Assembly: GCA_934489945.1 (NCBI GenBank)
Contig: CAKSSY010000004.1
Span: forward strand, 1 to 59,654
Direction: 5' to 3'
Source of the DNA: an uncultured Eubacteriales bacterium
Lineage (GTDB): Bacteria > Bacillota > Clostridia > Oscillospirales > CAG-272
Length of the DNA stretch: 59,654 nucleotides
Shown piece after piece: positions 19,848-27,802 of this stretch; within the stretch, counting starts at the first letter, position 1, and each line of letters begins with the position of its first letter. The notes under the pieces were generated by a model. That model saw only the letters and a list, made by a program, of their open reading frames with translations, was not told the DNA's origin and ran no database searches. A program made the position numbers and the translations under genes.

Positions 19848-20810
19848 TCAGACATCGAAATTTTTCAAAAACCAGATGTCGTCTCTGCTCAGTCTGACCT
19901 CTTTACCGCGCAGATATCCGAGAGGTCCTTCGTCTGTATCAAAATCAAAAATCAATTGATAGGCATACAGTGCCTGAAATTTATAACCGCGTTCTCTGTC
20001 ATTGCGATTTATCCCGTACTTTCCGTCCCCGACAAGCGGATGACCGATATGTGCCATATGTGCCCGGATCTGATGCGTTCGTCCGGTAACAAGCTCCACC
20101 TCAAGCAGACTTTCGTTTCCTTTTTCGGCAACGACACGATACTTGGTGATAATCTCCTTGCTGCCCGGCTTTTTCGTGTCAGTAACCTCTACCATATTGT
20201 TCCTGCTGTCCTTACGGAGATAACCGTGCAGAGTTGCCACTCTCTCCTTCATTCTGCCGTGCACTGCACAATAATAGAATTTCCGGATTTCGTCATTCCG
20301 GATTTTTTCGTTCATTTCGCGAAGAGCCACGGCATTTTTCGCCGCAATCACAATGCCGCCGGTATTGCGGTCAATGCGGTTACAGAGTGCGGGAGCAAAG
20401 GATTGCTCGTCGGCGGGACGGTACTCCCCTTTCTGACACAAATATGCCTTGATGTGCATAATGAGCGTGTTTTCCCCGCCATCGGTGTCCTCATGAACGA
20501 GAACACCTGGACGTTTATTGCACAAAATAATATTGTCGTCCTCGTAACAAATATCCAACTTCGGGCGTATCGTACCGAGTGCCGAAATATCCTTCTGAGG
20601 TTCGTCAAAGAACTCCTCCTTGATGAACAGACAGATCTCGTCCCCCTCAGCAAGCATCGTACCGGGTTCGGCACGCTTACGATTGAGTTTAATCTTTTTG
20701 GTGCGGATCTGTTTGTACATCATCGACATGGGAAGACCCTTCACCGCTTTGGTAAGAAACTTATCGAGTCGTTGTCCCGCATCGTTTTTTCCGATCGTGA
20801 TTATCCGCAT
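19848..20810 (-). CDS. RluA-family 23S rRNA/tRNA pseudouridine synthase with S4-like N-domain
   Basis: 320 aa. Motifs HRLDR-like (NRIDRNTGG) and HQIRAHMAHIGHPLVGDGKYG. GAAGGAG RBS. Confidence 0.9.
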   Translation of the reverse strand: MRIITIGKNDAGQRLDKFLTKAVKGLPMSMMYKQIRTKKIKLNRKRAEPGTMLAEGDEICLFIKEEFFDEPQKDISALGTIRPKLDICYEDDNIILCNKRPGVLVHEDTDGGENTLIMHIKAYLCQKGEYRPADEQSFAPALCNRIDRNTGGIVIAAKNAVALREMNEKIRNDEIRKFYYCAVHGRMKERVATLHGYLRKDSRNNMVEVTDTKKPGSKEIITKYRVVAEKGNESLLEVELVTGRTHQIRAHMAHIGHPLVGDGKYGINRNDRERGYKFQALYAYQLIFDFDTDEGPLGYLRGKEVRLSRDDIWFLKNFDV

Positions 20811-20821
20811 TCTTCTCCTTC

Positions 20822-20850
20822 AAAAAACGGGAGAGTCACCACTCCCCCGT
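20822..20850 (-). terminator. Probable (leaky?) terminator after upp, directly abutting the rlu RBS
   Basis: Minus strand reads acgggggag-tggtga-ctctcccgt followed by TTTTT. One mismatch in the stem. Confidence 0.5.
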
Positions 20851-20867
20851 CATTCTTCCTATCTGTT

Positions 20868-21497
20868 TTACAGGGTGCCGAAAATTCTGTCGCCCGCGTC
20901 ACCGAGACCCGGAATAATGTATGCGCGTTCGTTCAGTCTTTCGTCCAGAGCCGCCGTGTAGATGTCCACATCCGGATGCTCCGCCTGCACCTTCTTCACA
21001 CCCTCGGGAGCCGCCACAAGACACATGAAACGAATCGACTTGCAACCGCGTTTTTTGAGCATTGAGAGGGCATCGGCAGCGGAACCGCCTGTTGCAAGCA
21101 TCGGGTCGACAAGAATCACGATTCTGTCCTCAATATCGTGAGGGAGCTTGCAATAATATTCCACAGGCTTATGCGTCTCGGGATCGCGATACAAACCAAT
21201 ATGACCAACCTTGGCAACCGGCACAAGGCTCTGAAGTCCGTCTACCATACCGAGACCGGCACGCAGAATCGGCACGATTGCCAACTTTTTACCGGAAATC
21301 ATCTTGGCAGTCATTCTGGTAATGGGGGTGTCGATCGTAACGTCCTCAAGAGGAAGATCGCGTGTCAGTTCGTAGCCCATCAGCATAGCAATTTCGTTAA
21401 GAAGCTCGCGGAAATCCTTGGAACCGGTCTTTTTATTTCTCATAATAGAGAGTTTGTGGGTGATCAGTGGATGGTTAATAATGTGAAGCTCGCTCAT
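20868..21497 (-). CDS. upp: Uracil phosphoribosyltransferase
   Basis: 209 aa. PILRAGLGM and the PRPP loop [14 protein letters not shown]. Confidence 0.95.
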   Translation of the reverse strand: MSELHIINHPLITHKLSIMRNKKTGSKDFRELLNEIAMLMGYELTRDLPLEDVTIDTPITRMTAKMISGKKLAIVPILRAGLGMVDGLQSLVPVAKVGHIGLYRDPETHKPVEYYCKLPHDIEDRIVILVDPMLATGGSAADALSMLKKRGCKSIRFMCLVAAPEGVKKVQAEHPDVDIYTAALDERLNERAYIIPGLGDAGDRIFGTL

Positions 21498-21531
21498 GTT
21501 TCATTCTCCTCGTTCCTTCATAATTTGATTT

Positions 21532-21560
21532 ATTATACCCCTTTTTCCTCTGCTTTTCAA
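21532..21560 (-). promoter_or_regulatory. Sigma-A type promoter for upp
   Basis: Minus strand: TTGAAA (21560-21555), 17 bp, TATAAT (21537-21532). Confidence 0.6.
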
Positions 21561-21609
21561 GGGCTTTCCCGAATTTTTTTCAATTTCCTCTTTTTTTCAC
21601 GGAAAGCTG

Positions 21610-21638
21610 TTTACAGAAACGCATTTTCATGATAAAAT
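21610..21638 (+). promoter_or_regulatory. Sigma-A type promoter for mtaB
   Basis: TTTACA (21610-21615), 17 bp, TAAAAT (21633-21638). Confidence 0.55.
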
Positions 21639-21672
21639 AGCGATATATATAGATGTATGGGGAAGATATTTT

Positions 21673-22989
21673 ATGACTGAAATGAAGCGGACCGTCGGTT
21701 TTTTCACCCTCGGCTGTAAGGTAAATCAATATGAATCCGAGGCAATCGGCGAACTTTTCGAGGCACGCGGCTATACTGTCCTGCCAAGTGAAGATGTCTG
21801 CGATGTTTATATTATCAACACCTGTACCGTCACTGCCGAAAGCGATCGGAAAGCCCGTCAGATTATACGGCGGGCAATCACAAGAAATCCGGATGCCTTT
21901 ATCCTTGTCACAGGCTGTCTGGCGCAGACCACACCGGAAAGTATTGCCCGCATTCCGGGGGTTGATTATGTCTGCGGAAACGCCGACAAGACCGGCATTG
22001 TGGATGCCGCCGACCGCCTGATGACGACAAAAGAAAAAAATTGTATGGCGGATGTTCGCGTTCTGCCGCTTGACGGAATGCCCTTTGAACCCATGAAAAT
22101 CCAAAAATTTGATCGCACCCGTGCCTACATCAAGATTGAGGACGGCTGTGAGTCGCATTGCACCTATTGTATTATTCCCGCGGCACGCGGCGCAATCCGT
22201 TCCAAGCCCCCCGCTGAGGTGCTTGCCGAGGTAAAAAGCCTGACCGAGGGCGGTTGCCGCGAAATTGTTCTTACGGGTATTGAAACCGCCTCCTACGGGA
22301 AAGACCTCGCCGGAGTAACGCTTGCCGACCTTCTTGAAGAGGTGGATCGTATCCCCGGCATCGGACGCATCCGTCTCGGTTCGCTGGATCCGTCCCTCAT
22401 GAAGCCGCCTTTCGTGGCACGTATTTCCCGCCTCTCCTCTCTCGCTCCCCACTTCCATCTTTCCATGCAGAGCGGAAGCGATGCGGTTTTGCGCCGTATG
22501 AAGCGGAAATATAACAGCACGATGGCACTCGAAAACATTCAGGAACTTCGCCGTGTCATTCCCAACCTCATGCTGACCACCGATATGATCGTCGGATTTC
22601 CCGGGGAGACGGAAGAAGACTTTGAACAAACGATGGAATTTGCCCGCCAAGCAGAGTTTCTCATGATTCACGTGTTTCCCTATTCGGGACGACGTGGCAC
22701 GCCCGCCGTTTCGATGAGCGGACAAATCTCCTCTGCTGTCAAGCACGAGCGTGCGTTGCGACTCTCAAACCTTGAGGCGGAAATCCGCCGTCGGATTCTT
22801 GAAAAGGAGATTGCCGGACAAACCGTTACTGACGTGCTGTTTGAAACCTACGAAAACGGCTATGCGTGCGGTCATACGGCAAATTTCATTGAAGTGCGCG
22901 TAAAAAGCGATCGCAACCGCCGCTCCGAGCTTTGTCCCGTCCGATTTCTTGAGACCGACGGAAATACGATAACTGCCGAATTGCTCTGA
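21673..22989 (+). CDS. mtaB: tRNA t6A37 methylthiotransferase MtaB (radical SAM MTTase)
   Basis: 438 aa. N-terminal UPF0004 cysteines (LGCKVNQYES, NTCTVT) and the radical SAM motif CESHCTYC. Confidence 0.9.
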   Translation: MTEMKRTVGFFTLGCKVNQYESEAIGELFEARGYTVLPSEDVCDVYIINTCTVTAESDRKARQIIRRAITRNPDAFILVTGCLAQTTPESIARIPGVDYVCGNADKTGIVDAADRLMTTKEKNCMADVRVLPLDGMPFEPMKIQKFDRTRAYIKIEDGCESHCTYCIIPAARGAIRSKPPAEVLAEVKSLTEGGCREIVLTGIETASYGKDLAGVTLADLLEEVDRIPGIGRIRLGSLDPSLMKPPFVARISRLSSLAPHFHLSMQSGSDAVLRRMKRKYNSTMALENIQELRRVIPNLMLTTDMIVGFPGETEEDFEQTMEFARQAEFLMIHVFPYSGRRGTPAVSMSGQISSAVKHERALRLSNLEAEIRRRILEKEIAGQTVTDVLFETYENGYACGHTANFIEVRVKSDRNRRSELCPVRFLETDGNTITAELL

Positions 22990-23008
22990 TTGCAAAAGGA
23001 GTATGAAT

Positions 23009-24724
23009 ATGATAACCGATCCCGAAAAAAAGGTCAATCCCGTTGTGAAATTCCCGTTTCTCAGCCGCCCCTCCCTGAAAGAATTTGCAAAACAATATAC
23101 TCCGGACATGGGAATAACCGAACTGCAATACTGTCAGCGGTTTTATCTGCGTGAAGCCAAGCGCGATCCTTCCCTGGCGGAACTCTCCTTTCTGAACAAC
23201 ATTGTCGCTTGCCATGCCTCTAAGCCGGAGGCGATTCTGATTTCGGAGCTGTCAACCAACGACCGCTTTATTGTCGATACCTTCTCCGATCTGACCGAAA
23301 AGCGTGCCATGCTGGAACCGGACTATCATATGCCGTGTTCGCTCGCCGGGATTCCCGATGTTGCGCGGGACTATCTCTCCGCCAAACGGCAAAACACGAA
23401 AACCACCCCGCTTTCCTTCTCCTGCCGGAAACATCATCTTTTGGAACTTACTGCGGCGAAAACCCGTACGACTTTATTATATCAAAATGCCGATGAGGGT
23501 TTGTCGGCAGGTGAAAAACGACACTCTGTCCGAATAAACCACGAACCACTGATGCCGGGGGATCGGATTTATGCTATCCTGAACAGTACCGATCCGACCG
23601 AAAACGCCGAAGAAAAACTGATTGCTTTTGCCTCATCTCTTTCTGTGATGACGGATGTCAAACAATGTCTCCTGATTGGTTCGGAAGGGTTGCTGTTTCC
23701 ACTCATCGACCTCGGACACGGATTCTCCTTGGACCTGTCACGGATATACGGTGAAAACGCCGATACCAAAAAACTTCTTGATGCTGATTTCGGACTGATT
23801 CTGATTGCCCGTGCCTCCGCTTCGGCAGACACTCTGATCGATGCGTTGGATGCCGGACTCCGTCCGCACCTTGCAGGACAGCTTCTTGCCGACGGACAGG
23901 TTTCCATCCGAAAAGATGACCGTGAAAATTATACCTTTTCGATTTCCTTTTTTCGTTCGCTCTTTCTCTCACGTGCATATCGCGCCGAGGTAAAAACACA
24001 TAACGTCACTGACAGTACCGTCACCCTTTGTCCGATCTCCTCCGTCGTCGGGAAGGAACCGATTTTCGTTTGCCGTGCCAAAGGAATCGGAGAAAGCCCT
24101 TATCACACGGTTCTTTCCGCCGCGGTTTCCGCAATTGCAGCCTGTGTGGCACACGGCGGTCGCCTCGATAAAATACGCATCGCCGAAACCCTTCGTCTTT
24201 CGCTCGCCGACACCTCCGCCGTGAACCTCGGCGACCTTGTCGCGTCCCTGCTCGGGCTCTACCGCGCCGTTGAGGAATTTGAGTTGACCGATGTCTGTAC
24301 CGATCTGCGAACCGTGCAGGAACCGGAACTTCCCGTTACCTTGTACGCCATCATTTCAGAGCCTCCGTGTCCGACACCCGATCACGTTTGTACCAATAAT
24401 TCCGGGATCTTCCTGCTGGAACCGACGTATACTGCCGACGGACTGCCCGATTTTGAAGACATGAAAAAAATGTTCTCCTATGTCGGAAAACTGAGACAGG
24501 ACGGAATCCTCCTCTCAGCTCGTGCCGTAACGGGAGATGTAATCTCCGCATTGGAAGCGATGGATCGGGAAGAACTTGTCGAATATCTGCGACACGAGCC
24601 GATCACGGCAAAACCGGGAAGTATTCTGGTTGAAGCGCGTGAAAATATTCAAGGAAAACAGGTCGCCGTAACCTGTCGCCCGGCTCCGCTTTGCAATGCC
24701 GAAAAAAGAGAAGATAACGCTTGA
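23009..24724 (+). CDS. Hypothetical protein, faint PurL/AIR-synthase-like pattern (function unknown)
   Basis: ORF 23003..24724. The second ATG (23009) has AAAGGAG 7 nt upstream. No catalytic motif recognised. Weak resemblance to PurL-type blocks (RDPSLAELSFLNNIVACH, PGDRIYAIL, GSEGLLFPLIDL). Confidence 0.5.
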   Translation: MITDPEKKVNPVVKFPFLSRPSLKEFAKQYTPDMGITELQYCQRFYLREAKRDPSLAELSFLNNIVACHASKPEAILISELSTNDRFIVDTFSDLTEKRAMLEPDYHMPCSLAGIPDVARDYLSAKRQNTKTTPLSFSCRKHHLLELTAAKTRTTLLYQNADEGLSAGEKRHSVRINHEPLMPGDRIYAILNSTDPTENAEEKLIAFASSLSVMTDVKQCLLIGSEGLLFPLIDLGHGFSLDLSRIYGENADTKKLLDADFGLILIARASASADTLIDALDAGLRPHLAGQLLADGQVSIRKDDRENYTFSISFFRSLFLSRAYRAEVKTHNVTDSTVTLCPISSVVGKEPIFVCRAKGIGESPYHTVLSAAVSAIAACVAHGGRLDKIRIAETLRLSLADTSAVNLGDLVASLLGLYRAVEEFELTDVCTDLRTVQEPELPVTLYAIISEPPCPTPDHVCTNNSGIFLLEPTYTADGLPDFEDMKKMFSYVGKLRQDGILLSARAVTGDVISALEAMDREELVEYLRHEPITAKPGSILVEARENIQGKQVAVTCRPAPLCNAEKREDNA

Positions 24725-24749
24725 CAAGCATTCGGATTTGTTATATAAT
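24721..24749 (+). promoter_or_regulatory. Consensus sigma-A promoter for tyrS
   Basis: TTGACA (24721-24726, overlapping the upstream stop codon), 17 bp, TATAAT (24744-24749). Confidence 0.7.
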
Positions 24750-24793
24750 AGATTGATTTTTACTGAAAATATGCCATGAAAGGACATTGTAAC

Positions 24794-26014
24794 ATGACAA
24801 TTTACGATGAACTGGTCGCCCGCGGACTTATCGCTCAAGTGACAGACGAAACAGAGATAAAGGAACTCATCAATCACGGGAAAGCCACCTTCTATATCGG
24901 TTTTGACCCTACAGCAGACAGTCTCCATGTCGGTCATTTTATGGCTCTTTGCCTGATGAAACGCTTGCAGATGGCGGGCAATAAACCCGTAGTGCTGATC
25001 GGCGGCGGAACCGGTTATATCGGCGACCCCTCCGGCAGAACCGATATGCGTACTTTGATGACACCCGAAATTATCGCCCATAACTGTGCCTGCTTCAAAA
25101 AACAGATGGAGCGTTTTATTGAATTCGGCGAAGATAAAGCCATTATGGTCAACAACGCCGATTGGTTGCTCAAACTGAATTATGTGGATCTGTTGCGCGA
25201 TGTCGGTGCTTGCTTCTCGGTCAATAATATGCTCCGCGCCGAATGTTACAAACAGAGAATGGAAAAGGGACTGTCCTTCCTGGAATTCAACTATATGATC
25301 ATGCAGTCTTACGATTTTTATTACCTGTATCAGAACTACGGTTGCAATATGCAGTTCGGCGGCGACGATCAATGGTCCAATATGTTGGGCGGTACCGAAC
25401 TGATTCGTAAGAAACTCGGAAAAGATGCGTATGCCATGACCATCACCCTTCTGCTCAACTCGGAAGGGAAAAAGATGGGTAAAACGGCAAACGGTGCCGT
25501 TTGGCTGGATCCGAATAAGACAAGCCCCTTCGATTTCTACCAGTATTGGCGTAATGTCGGGGATTCGGATGTTCTGAAATGTATTCGTATGCTGACATTC
25601 CTGCCCCTCTCACAGATTGACGAAATGGATAAGTGGGAAGGCTCTCAGCTCAACCGTGCTAAGGAAATTCTCGCTTATGAGCTGACAAAACTGGTTCACG
25701 GTGAGGAAGAAGCCGAAAAAGCACAGGCAAGTGCGCGCGGACTGTTCGGCGGTGCTGCCGATACCGAGCATATGCCGACTGTTACCCTGACCGATGCCGA
25801 TTTGACAGATGGCGGCATTGACATTCTCTCTCTTCTCACCCGTGCCGAACTTGTTTCCTCGAAATCCGAGGCAAGACGTGCGGTGGAACAGGGCGGCGTC
25901 ACCGTTGACAGTGAAAAAATTACCGACATCAAAAAGGTGTACGGAAAAGAAGCACTTTCTGCCGGACTCCTCGTCAAACGAGGCAAAAAGAACTTCAAGA
26001 AGATCGTTCTGTAA
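24794..26014 (+). CDS. tyrS: Tyrosine--tRNA ligase
   Basis: ORF 24776..26014. Start set at MTIYDELVARGLIAQ. HIGH motif (HVGH), KMSKS motif (KMGKT), C-terminal S4 domain. Confidence 0.95.
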   Translation: MTIYDELVARGLIAQVTDETEIKELINHGKATFYIGFDPTADSLHVGHFMALCLMKRLQMAGNKPVVLIGGGTGYIGDPSGRTDMRTLMTPEIIAHNCACFKKQMERFIEFGEDKAIMVNNADWLLKLNYVDLLRDVGACFSVNNMLRAECYKQRMEKGLSFLEFNYMIMQSYDFYYLYQNYGCNMQFGGDDQWSNMLGGTELIRKKLGKDAYAMTITLLLNSEGKKMGKTANGAVWLDPNKTSPFDFYQYWRNVGDSDVLKCIRMLTFLPLSQIDEMDKWEGSQLNRAKEILAYELTKLVHGEEEAEKAQASARGLFGGAADTEHMPTVTLTDADLTDGGIDILSLLTRAELVSSKSEARRAVEQGGVTVDSEKITDIKKVYGKEALSAGLLVKRGKKNFKKIVL

Positions 26015-26044
26015 ACGTCTGTAGTTCCATAAAAAACACTCACA

Positions 26045-26085
26045 TCCGTGCTTTCGTTCCGGTGTGAGTGTTTTTGGGTTTGTAA
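26045..26085 (+). terminator. Intrinsic terminator of tyrS
   Basis: Stem aacactcaca / tgtgagtgtt followed by TTTTT. Confidence 0.7.
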
Positions 26086-26096
26086 TCTGAACTTAT

Positions 26097-26306
26097 GGGG
26101 CTGTTAAAAACATCGAATTTTTAACAGCCCCTCCAAAATACCGGACGGGATTCCGGTATTTTGGAGGCGATCTTAGTCGTTTTTGCCTCTGTGCCCTTGT
26201 TTTTCGATTTTCTTGGCGGCAAAACAGCGATTTTCAGCCGCCGAAACCAAAGCCGTTATGGGGTGTTAAAAAACTCATTTTGAGTTTTTTAACACCCCAT
26301 AACGGC
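26097..26306 (-). repeat. Three-hairpin intergenic repeat element, copy 1 (inverted relative to copies 2 and 3)
   Basis: H3 at 26097-26131 (ggggctgttaaaaa/tttttaacagcccc). H2 at 26130-26167. H1 at 26252-26306 (perfect 26-bp arms). The reverse complement aligns end to end with 31362-31555 and 47796-47998. Confidence 0.8.
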
Positions 26307-26327
26307 AATAGATTTTTTCGGTCATTT

Positions 26328-26684
26328 TCAGGATTTCGGTTTGCTTTTGAAAAAGATGGCGGCAAGAAAACCGAAAATCAATGCCGCCGAAATTCCGCCC
26401 GCCGCCGCCGACATACCGCCCGTGAGTGCGCCGAGAAGTCCCTTCTCGGCAACTGCCTCCCGAACTCCCTTTGAGATCAGGTATCCAAAACCGGTCAACG
26501 GAACGCTGGCACCCGCACCGGCAAACTCCACAAGAGGTTTATACAGCCCGACCGCGCCGAGAATCACACCCGCAACCACATATCCCACAAGGATCCGCGC
26601 CGGCGTGAGTTTGGTCTTGTCAATCAGAATCTGTGCAACGACACAGAAAAGTCCTCCCACTGTAAATGCCCAGACATAGTTCAT
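26328..26684 (-). CDS. spoVAE: Stage V sporulation protein AE (SpoVAEb-type)
   Basis: ORF 26328..26918. Real start at MNYVWAF (26684), with an ATGA overlap on the spoVAD stop. 118 aa. Membrane protein with the VPLTGFG motif. Confidence 0.85.
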   Translation of the reverse strand: MNYVWAFTVGGLFCVVAQILIDKTKLTPARILVGYVVAGVILGAVGLYKPLVEFAGAGASVPLTGFGYLISKGVREAVAEKGLLGALTGGMSAAAGGISAALIFGFLAAIFFKSKPKS

Positions 26685-27673
26685 CCGTTTTCCCCTCCTC
26701 TCAGTTCCACTAAATGCGCAATTGCCGGAATCGCATCCCCCTGCATGATGCTCGATGGGCTCATCATCGCTCCCGTTGCCATCAGCAGAACCCGCTTCAA
26801 CTCTCCTCTTTCCAGACGTGGAACAAGATAGGACGCCGCCACGGTAGCGGCACAACCGCATCCGGAGCCTCCGGCGTGTTTGTCCTGTGTCCCTTTGGAA
26901 TAGATGACCCGACCGCAATCGGTATATTGATTGCGTATATCATAGCCTCCCGCCAGCATCAGGTCGCACAAAATCGCGCCGCCCTCCCAACCGAGATCGC
27001 CACTCACAATCATGTCGTAATCATTCGGAACGGTTCCCGTCTCTTCAAAAAATCTTGTCAATGTGTCTACTGCCGCGGGAGCCATCGCCGCTCCCATGTT
27101 GGCGGAATCCCGTATTCCCTTTTCCACAACAATGCCGGGCAAGGCGCGCCGCACACGTACTTTGCCTCCCGAACCGATCAGAAAAGCACCCGCCCCCGTC
27201 ACCGTCCATTGTGCGGTCGGTGTGCGTTGCGAACCGTACTCAATCGGACTGCGGTACTGCCGTTCTGCCGTGCAGTTGTGCGAAGAAGCGACCGACGCAC
27301 ATTTTTCAAACCACCCGCCGCTATGCAATACCGACGCGAGAATCAGTCCCTCCACCGCCGTCGAACAAGCACCGTACAAGCCAAAATACGGAATATTGTA
27401 CTTCATCAGTCCGTATGCCGACGCCACACATTGATTGAGAAGATCTCCCGCAAGTAACGCTCCGATTTCCTCCTCCTTCGTCTTTCCTTTCAGAAGCACC
27501 AGTCCGAGTGCCCGGCGTTGCATCTCACTTTCGGAACGTTCCCATGTGTCCTTTCCAAAACGGTCGTCCTCGTCAAATTCGTCAAACAGTTCCCCTAAAG
27601 GTCCCTCATGCTCCGTCTTTCCTACCACCGATGCCGATGCGAGGATCGTGGCGTTCAAATCCATCAGTCTCAT
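26681..27673 (-). CDS. spoVAD: Stage V sporulation protein AD
   Basis: ORF 26681..27943. Real start at MRLMDLN (27673). 330 aa. Thiolase-like fold blocks (GACST, SSHNCTAERQYR, GGSGCGC). Confidence 0.9.
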   Translation of the reverse strand: MRLMDLNATILASASVVGKTEHEGPLGELFDEFDEDDRFGKDTWERSESEMQRRALGLVLLKGKTKEEEIGALLAGDLLNQCVASAYGLMKYNIPYFGLYGACSTAVEGLILASVLHSGGWFEKCASVASSHNCTAERQYRSPIEYGSQRTPTAQWTVTGAGAFLIGSGGKVRVRRALPGIVVEKGIRDSANMGAAMAPAAVDTLTRFFEETGTVPNDYDMIVSGDLGWEGGAILCDLMLAGGYDIRNQYTDCGRVIYSKGTQDKHAGGSGCGCAATVAASYLVPRLERGELKRVLLMATGAMMSPSSIMQGDAIPAIAHLVELRGGENG

Positions 27674-27743
27674 TTTGCCAAACCCTTCCCTATTTGTTTT
27701 TCGCAAATAGTTTGGGCAAAAATGACTTGTTTTATGTATGACA

Positions 27744-27772
27744 TTGACGCTGTGAGAAAAATGTGGTACAAT
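27744..27772 (+). promoter_or_regulatory. Sigma-A type promoter for the ABC exporter pair
   Basis: TTGACG (27744-27749), 17 bp, TACAAT (27767-27772), preceded by TG. Confidence 0.6.
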
Positions 27773-27802
27773 ATTTTTGAAATATAAAGGATTGGTAACT
27801 GT

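Noticed and set aside
21580-22746. Long ORFs antisense to strong genes. This 388-aa ORF lies opposite mtaB. Others of the same kind are 1892-2776, 19749-21065, 24515-25372, 30156-31280, 31830-33485, 38520-39497, 48297-49631, 50862-52136, 52432-54258 and 58556-59632.
   Set aside because: Each lies opposite a gene with unmistakable family motifs, lacks an RBS, and has the Arg/Gly/His/Cys-rich, low-complexity composition typical of reverse-frame shadow ORFs.
24725-24793. T-box riboswitch upstream of tyrS.
   Set aside because: Only about 70 nt separate the genes, and they are occupied by a consensus promoter and an RBS. No specifier loop or T-box sequence fits.
26097-26131. GTTAAAA...TTTTAAC hairpins as integron attC sites.
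   Set aside because: attC sites read RYYYAAC...GTTRRRY (AAC first, GTT last), whereas these read GTT...AAC on both strands. No intI integrase and no cassette-like ORF array is present.
27674-27802. Forespore (sigma-G/sigma-F) promoter for spoVAD, for example aCATA-18-CAAACTA.
   Set aside because: The candidate misses the most conserved positions (G of the -35, CAT of the -10). I cannot distinguish it from chance by eye.
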